A DNA stretch of 64,000 nucleotides from Eubacterium sp. (GTDB taxonomy: Bacteria > Bacillota > Clostridia > Peptostreptococcales > Anaerovoracaceae), in assembly GCA_017511535.1 (NCBI GenBank), contig JAFWJS010000037.1:23025-87024 (forward strand), written 5' to 3'. Numbering within the stretch: position 1 is the stretch's first letter; every line of letters begins with the position of its first letter. The translations under genes were made by a program, and so were the position numbers. The notes under the pieces were generated by a model. It did not search any database and was not told the origin of the DNA. It was given only the letters and a program-made list of their open reading frames with translations. Below, one piece after another: positions 56,059 to 64,000 of the stretch.

Positions 56059-56832
56059 ATGAGTGAGTTTTTTGATCCGGGTTTTGATCCGGCAGAGAGC
56101 ATGGAAAAGGCTGCGGCATGGATAAGAGAGTTTTTTGATGAGAATGGAAAGGGCTGCAATGCGGTAATTGCGATAAGCGGAGGGAAAGACAGCTCTGTCA
56201 CGGCCGCGCTTTGTGTCAGGGCGCTTGGTAAGGACCGGGTGGTCGGAGTGATGATGCCGAACGGAATCCAGCGGGACATAGGACTTGCCGAAAAGCTCAT
56301 AACGCTTCTGGGGATAAGATCATATACGATAGATATCAAAGGGAGCTATGACGCGGTAATGGCCGAGCTGTCGTCAAAGCTTCCGTGTGAGATATCAGAA
56401 CAGACAAGGATAAATCTTGCGCCGAGGCTCAGGATGTCGACTGTCTACGCGGTCTCGCAGTCATTGAACGGAAGAGTCGCGAACACATGCAACCTTTCCG
56501 AGGACTGGGTAGGGTATTCTACCAGATATGGAGATACCGCGGGCGACTTCTCGCCGCTTTCCAGATTCACGGTTCAGGAAGTCAAGGCGATAGGAGTAGA
56601 GCTCGGACTTCCCGATGAGCTGGTATACAAGGTACCGGACGACGGATTATCCGGTATGAGCGACGAAGATAAGCTCGGTTTCACATACGACACGCTGGAC
56701 AGGTATATCAGAACGGGGATCATAGACGACCCGGAGATAAAACAGAAAATAGACAGGCTTCACCGCATTAATCTGTTCAAGCTGAAAATGATGCCGGCAT
56801 ATGAGCATGATGGGCCGGTGAAAGCGTGGTAA
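56059..56832 (+). CDS. nadE: NH3-dependent NAD+ synthetase
   Basis: 'ISGGKDS', 'N..PRLRM', 'GYSTRYGD', 'DEDKLG'; start after SD GGAGG. Confidence 0.95.
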   Translation: MSEFFDPGFDPAESMEKAAAWIREFFDENGKGCNAVIAISGGKDSSVTAALCVRALGKDRVVGVMMPNGIQRDIGLAEKLITLLGIRSYTIDIKGSYDAVMAELSSKLPCEISEQTRINLAPRLRMSTVYAVSQSLNGRVANTCNLSEDWVGYSTRYGDTAGDFSPLSRFTVQEVKAIGVELGLPDELVYKVPDDGLSGMSDEDKLGFTYDTLDRYIRTGIIDDPEIKQKIDRLHRINLFKLKMMPAYEHDGPVKAW

Positions 56833-57018
56833 ATGCCTGTTTTTTCTCATTTACTTAGCCGCGGGGTATTGAAAATCACAGACGCGGTGTGATATTATTT
56901 TTAGTGTACATTTGGAGAAGTGTACCTGTTCCGCAATTATATGTTTTGACTTTATCTTATACTTTTGGAAGAGGCGTTTTTCCGATGTGAAAACTGGTTT
57001 ATATGGAGGTAGAGAAAG

Positions 57019-58200
57019 ATGAAAAGTTTAAGCAAGAAGTTAGTAGTTGTTCTGCTTGCTGTAGTGATGGTATTCACTTTTGCTGCTTGCGGAAATAAGG
57101 GCGGCGGATCTTCAGAAGAAGGCGGATCTGATGTACCTGTACTGAAGATCGGATCAACCGGTCCTCTGACAGGTCCTGCTTCAATTTATGGAACAGCCGT
57201 TGAGAAGGGTGCCAAGATCGCTGTTGAAGAGATCAACGCACAGGAGAAGGACTTCCAGATCGAATTTAAGATGGAAGACGATGAGGCTGACGGAGAGAAG
57301 AGTGTAAACGCATACAACAGCCTTAAGGACTGGGGTCTCCAGATGATCATGGGTTCTGTAACGACAGGCTCCTGCATCACAGTATCAGCTGAAGCTAATT
57401 CAGACAGAGTATTCCTGATGACACCATCCGCTTCTTCAGCAGACGTTACAGCAGGGAAAGACAATGCTTTCCAGATCTGCTTCACAGACCCTAACCAGGG
57501 AGTCAAGGCTGCAGACAATATCGCTAAAGACTTCAGCGACAAGAAAGTAGGTGTTATCTACAATAACTCAGATGCTTATTCAACAGGTATCTATAACGCA
57601 TTCAAGAAGGAAATGGAAAAGAAGGGCATGGAGATCGTTGCCGCTGAGACATATCCTGATGATACGAATGCGGACTTCAGCGCTCAGCTGACAAAGTGCA
57701 AGGAAGCAGGCGCAGACCTGATCCTGCTCCCGATCTACTACACACCGGCATCAGTTATTCTGAAGCAGGCCAAGGACATGAACTATGACACTACATTCTT
57801 CGGAGTAGATGGTATGGACGGTATCCTCGACATGGAAGGATTCGATACAGCTCTCGCTGAGGGCGTATATCTCCAGACACCTATCAACCCATGGTCTGAA
57901 GATGAGGACGTCAAGAGCTTCGTAGAGAAGTATCAGGAAAAGTACAATGAAGTTCCTAACCAGTTCGCTGCTGACGGATATGACGGTATCTACGTACTGT
58001 ACAACGCATTCAAGGAAGCCGGACTTACAGCTGATATGGATGCTGCTGACATCTGCGAGAAGATGATCGAGAAGGTCACAGGTGGATTCACATATGACGG
58101 ACTTACAGGTAAGGGAATGACCTGGAATGAAAAGGGCGAAGTCAATAAAGAGCCTGCAGTCTGCATCATCAAGGACGCCAAGTACGAAGACGTTAAATAG
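57019..58200 (+). CDS. Branched-chain amino acid ABC transporter substrate-binding lipoprotein
   Basis: Lipobox FAAC; 'GPLTG..S.YG', 'F.D..QG', 'DFSAQL'. Confidence 0.92.
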   Translation: MKSLSKKLVVVLLAVVMVFTFAACGNKGGGSSEEGGSDVPVLKIGSTGPLTGPASIYGTAVEKGAKIAVEEINAQEKDFQIEFKMEDDEADGEKSVNAYNSLKDWGLQMIMGSVTTGSCITVSAEANSDRVFLMTPSASSADVTAGKDNAFQICFTDPNQGVKAADNIAKDFSDKKVGVIYNNSDAYSTGIYNAFKKEMEKKGMEIVAAETYPDDTNADFSAQLTKCKEAGADLILLPIYYTPASVILKQAKDMNYDTTFFGVDGMDGILDMEGFDTALAEGVYLQTPINPWSEDEDVKSFVEKYQEKYNEVPNQFAADGYDGIYVLYNAFKEAGLTADMDAADICEKMIEKVTGGFTYDGLTGKGMTWNEKGEVNKEPAVCIIKDAKYEDVK

Positions 58201-58240
58201 TAACAGGCCGGATCTGAATTTGCAGTAATAAATAATTGAG

Positions 58241-58268
58241 GAGGCGCCGCTGTGTACAGCGGCGTCTC
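58241..58268 (+). other. Intra-operon stem-loop after the binding-protein gene
   Basis: GAGGCGCCGCTG-tgta-CAGCGGCGTCTC with no U-tract; likely an mRNA-stabilising hairpin. Confidence 0.65.
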
Positions 58269-58289
58269 ACTATGGTTTGAGAGTTAGTT

Positions 58290-59174
58290 ATGGTTTTTTT
58301 ATCTAATCTGGTAAACGGGCTTTCCCTGGGAAGCGTATATGCGATCATAGCTCTCGGCTATACAATGGTATACGGTATAGCCAGGATGCTTAACTTCGCC
58401 CACGGAGATGTCATCATGGTAGGAGCATATATTTCATTCTGCGCCACCGCTTATCTGCATCTCCCCCCTGTTGCAGGACTGCTTATCGCGATATGCGTAT
58501 GCACATGCATGGGTATAATGATCGAAGGACTTGCTTACAGGCCTCTTAGAGGGACAGGCTCTCTGGCGGTATTGATCACCGCTATAGGAGTTTCATATTT
58601 CCTTCAGAACAGCGCGCTGCTGATCTGGGGAAGCGCTCCTAAAGTATTCACATCCGTGGTAAAAGGTGCACACGGACTCAAGCTGTTCAACGGACAGCTC
58701 ACGATTACGGCAGAGACGATCGTGACTCTGCTTACATGTATTGTCATAATGATATGCCTGACGCTTTTCATTTCGCGTTCCAAAATGGGGAAGGCGATGC
58801 GTGCTGTCTCTGAGGACAATGACGCGGCAAGGCTGATGGGTATCAATGTCAATCAGACTATATCCATGACTTTCGCGATAGGGTCGTCGCTGGCGGCTAT
58901 AGCGGGAGTTCTGCTTTGTTCATCGTATCCTGCTCTGATGCCTACTACAGGTGCGATGCCTGGTATCAAGGCATTCACAGCCGCGGTATTCGGAGGCATC
59001 GGTTCAGTGCCGGGCGCCATGCTCGGAGGGATCCTGCTTGGGGTCATCGAGATAATGGGAAGAGCGTACGTCTCATCAGAGCTCTCTGATGCCATCGTTT
59101 TCGGTGTGCTCATTATCGTACTTCTTGTGAAACCGTCAGGACTCCTTGGCAGGATACAGCCTGAGAAAGTGTAG
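58290..59174 (+). CDS. livH: Branched-chain amino acid ABC permease
   Basis: 'ALGYTMVYG...NFAHG', 'GKAMRAVS', 'KAFTAAVFGGIG'. Confidence 0.93.
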   Translation: MVFLSNLVNGLSLGSVYAIIALGYTMVYGIARMLNFAHGDVIMVGAYISFCATAYLHLPPVAGLLIAICVCTCMGIMIEGLAYRPLRGTGSLAVLITAIGVSYFLQNSALLIWGSAPKVFTSVVKGAHGLKLFNGQLTITAETIVTLLTCIVIMICLTLFISRSKMGKAMRAVSEDNDAARLMGINVNQTISMTFAIGSSLAAIAGVLLCSSYPALMPTTGAMPGIKAFTAAVFGGIGSVPGAMLGGILLGVIEIMGRAYVSSELSDAIVFGVLIIVLLVKPSGLLGRIQPEKV

Positions 59175-59183
59175 GTGAGAGAT

Positions 59184-60272
59184 ATGGCAAAGAAATTCAT
59201 GGGAAATAAACTCTCGCCGTACACAAAGAACTCGGCAATCTCATACGGCATAGTTATAGCAGGCTTCATCGCGGCTACGCTGATGAATCAGACGGGGATG
59301 CTGTCTAGCTCGCTTCAGGGGCAGCTCGTTCCTATCTGTGCGTATATAGTTATGGCCGTATCGCTCAACCTGGTCGTAGGTATCTCAGGAGAGCTTTCCA
59401 TCGGACACGCTGGATTCATGTCAGTCGGAGCTTTCTCGGGGATACTGTGCGCTGATCTTCTGGAAGGAGTCGTCGACGCAGACCCGGTAAGGCTTACGCT
59501 GGGTATCATTACAGGCGGAATAGTCGCCGGAGTGGCGGGATTGATAATAGGTATCCCGGTATTGAGGCTCCGCGGAGATTATCTTGCGATAGTAACGCTT
59601 GCATTTGGCGAGATCATAAAGAACCTGATGAATGTTATATATGTAGCTAAAGATTCCAAGGGCATCCATGTTTCAACAAACGGAGCCATGGAGCTTGAGG
59701 AGGATGCGAGAGTAATGCTGAACGGGCCGATGGGCGCCGTAGGCGTACAGCGTATATCAACGTTCCTGTCAGGGGTGATACTTGTGTTATTCACACTGTT
59801 TGTTGTTCAGAACATAATGAACTCCAGACAGGGAAGAGCAATCATGGCGTGCAGGGACAACCGTATCGCCGCTGAGTCCATAGGACTCAATGTGATGCAC
59901 TACAAGCTGATGGCGTTCACCGTTTCGGCAGTGCTTGCAGGAATGGGCGGAGCGCTGTTCGGCCTGAATTATTCATCGCTTCTTCCAATCAAATTCAATT
60001 TCAATACGTCAGTTCTGATCCTCGTATTCGTGGTACTCGGAGGTATCGGAAATATCTGGGGATCTGTAATATCAGCCGCGGTACTCACAGTGCTTCCGGA
60101 AGTGCTGAGAGCCTTCTCGGACTACAGGATGCTGGTGTATGCTATAGTTCTGATCCTTGTTATGATCGGAACATATAATCCGACTCTGAAGACATACAAG
60201 GAGGCTTTGATCAACAAGATCAAGGGAGCTGTCGGAAAGAAACCTGCTGCGGAAGGAGGTGCGTCAGAATGA
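59184..60272 (+). CDS. livM: Branched-chain amino acid ABC permease
   Basis: 'LSIGHAGF', 'LRLRGDYLAIVTLAFGEI'. Confidence 0.93.
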   Translation: MAKKFMGNKLSPYTKNSAISYGIVIAGFIAATLMNQTGMLSSSLQGQLVPICAYIVMAVSLNLVVGISGELSIGHAGFMSVGAFSGILCADLLEGVVDADPVRLTLGIITGGIVAGVAGLIIGIPVLRLRGDYLAIVTLAFGEIIKNLMNVIYVAKDSKGIHVSTNGAMELEEDARVMLNGPMGAVGVQRISTFLSGVILVLFTLFVVQNIMNSRQGRAIMACRDNRIAAESIGLNVMHYKLMAFTVSAVLAGMGGALFGLNYSSLLPIKFNFNTSVLILVFVVLGGIGNIWGSVISAAVLTVLPEVLRAFSDYRMLVYAIVLILVMIGTYNPTLKTYKEALINKIKGAVGKKPAAEGGASE

Positions 60273-61159
60273 AACCTGATGAGAAGATCATAGAAGATGA
60301 AGTGATTTTTGACGCCCGTGAGCAGTATGATGCATCCATGCCTACTGTCGACACCGTCGTTATCCCTGACAGGGATAAGCCGAGGATCCCGGTCCTTGAG
60401 ATGAAGGGTCTGGGTATCGATTTCGGCGAGCTTACAGCGCTGGACGATTTCAGTCTTACAGTAGGTCCGACAGAGATAGCCGGTATCATCGGGCCGAATG
60501 GAGCAGGAAAGACGACTTTGTTCAACCTGCTCACAAAAGTATATCAGCCAACAAGAGGATCGTTTATGTTCGATGGTAAGGATACTTCGGGCATGAACAC
60601 TGTTCAGATAAGCAGGATGGGGATAGCGAGAACATTCCAGAACATAAGGCTTTTTGATAAGCTTACTGTAGGGGAAAATGTTATCGTTGCAATGCAGGAT
60701 GGCGTTGACTACGGCCTTTTCAGCGGTATATTCCACGGCTTCAAATACAGGAAACAGGAGAAGTTTGCCAGAGAATACGCACTGAAGCTCCTTTCGATAT
60801 TCGATATGGAGGACATGATCGATGAAGAAGCAGGGGCACTCCCGTACGGCGCGCAGAGAAGAGTCGAGATCGTGCGTGCTCTCGCGACCGGGCCGAAAGT
60901 ATTGCTTCTGGATGAGCCGGCTGCAGGGATGAACCCGAGCGAGACTACAGAACTCATGAACAATATCAGGAAGATCAGAGATATGTTTGGTATCGCTATC
61001 GTTCTTATAGAGCACGATATGAGTCTCGTTATGAATGTGTGCGAGGACATAGCAGTACTGAACTTCGGTCGTATCATCGCGAAAGGCAAGCCTGAGGAGA
61101 TACAGAAAGATCCTGCGGTGATCGAGGCATATCTGGGCAAGCAGAAGGAGAACAAGTAA
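60269..61159 (+). CDS. livG: Branched-chain amino acid ABC ATPase
   Basis: GPNGAGKTT, 'ARTFQNIRLF', 'LPYG.QRR.EI', 'DEPAAG'. Confidence 0.94.
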   Translation: MKPDEKIIEDEVIFDAREQYDASMPTVDTVVIPDRDKPRIPVLEMKGLGIDFGELTALDDFSLTVGPTEIAGIIGPNGAGKTTLFNLLTKVYQPTRGSFMFDGKDTSGMNTVQISRMGIARTFQNIRLFDKLTVGENVIVAMQDGVDYGLFSGIFHGFKYRKQEKFAREYALKLLSIFDMEDMIDEEAGALPYGAQRRVEIVRALATGPKVLLLDEPAAGMNPSETTELMNNIRKIRDMFGIAIVLIEHDMSLVMNVCEDIAVLNFGRIIAKGKPEEIQKDPAVIEAYLGKQKENK

Positions 61160-61869
61160 TGGCGAAACTTCTGAAAGTAAACGATATTAATGTATATTAT
61201 GGAGCGATCCATGCGATCAAGGGCATATCGCTTGATGTAGATGAGGGTGAGATCGTTACCCTGATCGGAGCCAACGGCGCAGGTAAATCTACTACGCTGA
61301 AGACTATCTCAGGGATAATGAGGACCAAGACCGGGAATATAGAGTTCGACGGAAAGGATATATCCAGGACGCCTGCTCATAAGGTGGTCGAGATGGGCCT
61401 GTCACAGGTGCCTGAGGGACGCCGCATATTCATGCAGATGACCGTTAAGGAAAACCTTGAGATGGGTGCTTTCACTGCTCCTAAAGATACTATCGAAGAC
61501 AGTCTGGAAAACGTATACTCACATTTTCCGCGTCTGAAGGAAAGATACAAGCAGGTCGCAGGTACGCTTTCCGGAGGAGAGTTGCAGATGCTTGCCATGG
61601 GAAGGGCTCTCATGAGTCAGCCGAAGCTGATGATGCTTGATGAGCCGTCGATGGGACTTGCGCCGGTGCTTGTAGAGCAGATATTCGAGATCATCCACAA
61701 CCTGCACGAGGCGGGAACGACTATCCTGCTGGTAGAACAGAACGCGAGAATGGCGCTGTCAATCGCAGACAGAGCCTACGTTCTCGAGACAGGTAAAGTA
61801 ACTCTGTCAGGCAGCGCGAAAGAACTCATGAACAACGACAGCGTAAGGAAAGCATATTTAGGAGAGTAA
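61159..61869 (+). CDS. livF: Branched-chain amino acid ABC ATPase
   Basis: GANGAGKST, 'VPEGRRIF', 'LSGGE.QMLA', 'DEPSMGLAP'. Confidence 0.95.
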   Translation: MAKLLKVNDINVYYGAIHAIKGISLDVDEGEIVTLIGANGAGKSTTLKTISGIMRTKTGNIEFDGKDISRTPAHKVVEMGLSQVPEGRRIFMQMTVKENLEMGAFTAPKDTIEDSLENVYSHFPRLKERYKQVAGTLSGGELQMLAMGRALMSQPKLMMLDEPSMGLAPVLVEQIFEIIHNLHEAGTTILLVEQNARMALSIADRAYVLETGKVTLSGSAKELMNNDSVRKAYLGE

Positions 61870-61871
61870 AA

Positions 61872-62582
61872 ATGGCACTTCACATCGCAATAGACAATAA
61901 GGCTCCTGTAGCAAAGACTGTCCTGATGCCGGGTGATCCGCTCAGGGCAAAATACATAGCAGAACACTATCTGGAAAACGCTGAGATGTACAGCTCTATC
62001 AGGAATATGTACGGATTTACAGGTACGTATAAAGGCAAGCTGATCTCAGTGCAGGGAAGTGGTATGGGAATGCCGTCCATGGGCATCTATTCCTGGGAAC
62101 TGTATAACGATTTTGACGTCGACAACATTATCAGGATCGGGACCGCAGGATCATTCAGTGAAAACATCAAGATAGGGGATGTAGTCGTAGGTCTTGCGGC
62201 GTCGACAGATTCCAACTATCAGCATGTATACCAGCTTCCGGGACAGCTTTCACCTTCATGCAGCTACGATATACTTGTCAGGATGCAGGAAGCAAGCAGG
62301 GAGACCGGAATTGGATTTACTGCCGGAAACATCATTTCCGGGGACCTTTTCTATGAGCTCGGCGATGAATGGTGGCGCAAGTGGGCAAGCGTGAACGTAC
62401 TTGCTGTTGAGATGGAAGCGGCCGCGCTGTACATGAACGCCGCGTATATGAAGAAAAATGCTCTTGCTGTTCTTACGATAACAGATCACTTCGTTACCGG
62501 TGAGAGGGCTTCAAATGAAGACCGCGAACACGGTGAGAACGACATGATGGAGCTGGCGCTTGAGACAGCGATCAAACTCTAG
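61872..62582 (+). CDS. deoD: Purine nucleoside phosphorylase (DeoD type)
   Basis: 'MPGDPLRAK', 'GMGMPS.GIY', 'RIGTAG', 'VEME'. Confidence 0.95.
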   Translation: MALHIAIDNKAPVAKTVLMPGDPLRAKYIAEHYLENAEMYSSIRNMYGFTGTYKGKLISVQGSGMGMPSMGIYSWELYNDFDVDNIIRIGTAGSFSENIKIGDVVVGLAASTDSNYQHVYQLPGQLSPSCSYDILVRMQEASRETGIGFTAGNIISGDLFYELGDEWWRKWASVNVLAVEMEAAALYMNAAYMKKNALAVLTITDHFVTGERASNEDREHGENDMMELALETAIKL

Positions 62583-62607
62583 CATACAGATAAACAATAA
62601 CAGAAAT

Positions 62608-62640
62608 AAAAAAGCCACGGGAGACACTTCCGTGGCTTTT
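62608..62640. terminator. Bidirectional intrinsic terminator
   Basis: AAAAAAGCCACGG...CCGTGGCTTTT between the convergent deoD and rpsT genes. Confidence 0.88.
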
Positions 62641-62689
62641 CGCTCTTTCGTGTGCATTTAGCTTATGCACGGTGTGGGGACGGGTGAGC

Positions 62690-62962
62690 TTACTTTGCTG
62701 CTTTCGCAGCCGCGAGTTTCTTTGTTACCTGTGATACCTTATGGCTGGCAGCCTGCTTGGAGATAGTATGATGAGCAGCAGCTCTCATGAGCTTCTTTTC
62801 AGCTGTTCCTCTTAACTCCTCAGCCTTCTCGATGTCGTCAGAAGCCAATGCTCTGTCAAATGACTTCAGGATGTTCTTGAGTTCATCCTTTACACGTCTG
62901 TTGATAGCTGTCTTCTTCTCAGTAACTCTTACTCTTTTCTTTGCGGATTTGATATTTGCCAT
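62690..62962 (-). CDS. rpsT: 30S ribosomal protein S20
   Basis: MANIKSAKKR N-terminus; size and basic composition fit. Confidence 0.96.
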   Translation of the reverse strand: MANIKSAKKRVRVTEKKTAINRRVKDELKNILKSFDRALASDDIEKAEELRGTAEKKLMRAAAHHTISKQAASHKVSQVTKKLAAAKAAK

Positions 62963-63053
62963 GTTTTTCACCCCACATTCTTATCAAAATAAGCAAACTT
63001 AGCTAAATTCGCAAGTAGTAGTATACAACACACAAACTGTGTTTGCAAGGAAT

Positions 63054-63395
63054 TTATTTACTGCTGTCAATCTTGCTCTGGTACTGCCTGCTTCTCTTTT
63101 CCTGCTTACGCAGTTTTTCTTTCTCAGCACGTTTAGCGGCGCGCGCGGCGACTGCAGCTTTGTGCGCTTCACGTTTACGTCTTTTCTCCTGTACCCGTTC
63201 TGAGGGTACGACAAGTCCTGACGCCTCAAGAGCATAGCACCACTTTTCGAAAAGCGGACGTATCCGGTTCTTCAGTGGATCCGGCAGTTCGCTTTTCTTA
63301 GGAACATGCCCAAGCTCATCGGCGAGTGCGCGTATCTGTAAGATAGCTTCCTCTTTAGTCAGGCCTTTCTGATCAGATGGTTTTCCGGCTTCCAT
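63054..63395 (-). CDS. Small basic protein with a homing-endonuclease-associated-repeat-like helical domain
   Basis: 'KEE.I..I..LA.ELG..P...E..........F..W..AL..SGL' pattern, Arg/Lys-rich tail, SD GAGGT. Confidence 0.6.
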   Translation of the reverse strand: MEAGKPSDQKGLTKEEAILQIRALADELGHVPKKSELPDPLKNRIRPLFEKWCYALEASGLVVPSERVQEKRRKREAHKAAVAARAAKRAEKEKLRKQEKRSRQYQSKIDSSK

Positions 63396-63572
63396 AAATT
63401 ATACCTCTGTTTCAGAATACCTACAGATCTGACAGGCCGGTCCGTCGACTACCGGCTGCCTGATCACATTAACTTATACAAGCATTTTATCACAATATTT
63501 CAAAACAGTTCAATAATATGATAAAATGTATCAGTAATATATATGTAAAAACACAGAAACGACAGGATAATA

Positions 63573-64000
63573 ATGGACGATAACGAATATCAGAAGTACA
63601 TACGAAATTTCAGTATAATAGCTCACATAGACCACGGTAAATCCACGCTGGCCGACCGCCTTATAGAAAACACCGGACTCGTTGCCCACAGAGACATGAA
63701 GGAGCAGTTCCTGGACAATATGGATCTGGAGCGCGAACGAGGCATAACGATCAAGCTGCAGACCACAAGGCTGGTATATAAAGCGAAGGACGGGAATGAG
63801 TATATTTTCAATCTGATCGATACGCCGGGTCATGTCGACTTCAACTATGAAGTCTCAAGAAGTCTTGCTGCCTGTGAAGGCGCGATACTCGTAGTGGATG
63901 CGACGCAGGGGGTGGAAGCCCAGACGATGGGCAATGTTTATCTTGCGCTTGATGAAGATCTGGAGATACTTCCGTGTCTGAACAAGATGGATCTTGCCAG
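63573..64000 (+). CDS. lepA: Elongation factor 4 (partial, runs off the window)
   Basis: [32 protein letters not shown]...[10 protein letters not shown]...[23 protein letters not shown]. Confidence 0.97.
   Translation, partial: MDDNEYQKYIRNFSIIAHIDHGKSTLADRLIENTGLVAHRDMKEQFLDNMDLERERGITIKLQTTRLVYKAKDGNEYIFNLIDTPGHVDFNYEVSRSLAACEGAILVVDATQGVEAQTMGNVYLALDEDLEILPCLNKMDLA

Noticed and set aside
56016-56066. Possible leaderless 16-codon uORF (MEIKHGDTVHSEDIYE) overlapping the nadE start
   Set aside because: The ATG is only 5 nt from the -10 element and nadE has its own strong SD; insufficient support

Overview
Mostly core chromosome of a moderate-GC anaerobic Clostridia-class Firmicute; the gene set suggests a gut/rumen lineage such as Anaerovoracaceae (inference only). 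The window runs from the 3' end of a probable gltX to the 5' end of lepA. It encodes DNA replication/repair genes (dnaE, dinB, addA, recJ, recX, sbcDC, an SOS-boxed SPL-like radical SAM gene), central and amino-acid metabolism (gpmI, gdhA, split transketolase, proBA, nadE, nnrD, deoD, T-box-controlled trpB2), cell-envelope genes (L,D-transpeptidase, NlpC/P60 surface protein, ftsEX-M23-ctpA), mgtE, a CobW GTPase pair, a soluble hybrid kinase and a liv ABC transporter. I found no rRNA, tRNA, CRISPR array, prophage or transposase. The best candidates for undescribed biology are: (1) a 35-codon leader ORF with competing RNA pairings in front of mgtE, a candidate translation-coupled Mg2+ sensor; (2) an in-frame MetA-aspartokinase fusion; (3) a compact AbrB-like/RelE-like toxin-antitoxin cassette with its own promoter, operator and terminator; (4) a perfect 15-bp inverted repeat over a consensus promoter between a GDSL hydrolase and a DUF1836 gene; (5) a GIY-YIG-azoreductase fusion with an internal start; (6) an NlpC/P60 domain lacking its catalytic Cys; (7) an SseB-macrodomain fusion. 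All family calls come from motif recognition by eye; no searches were run.
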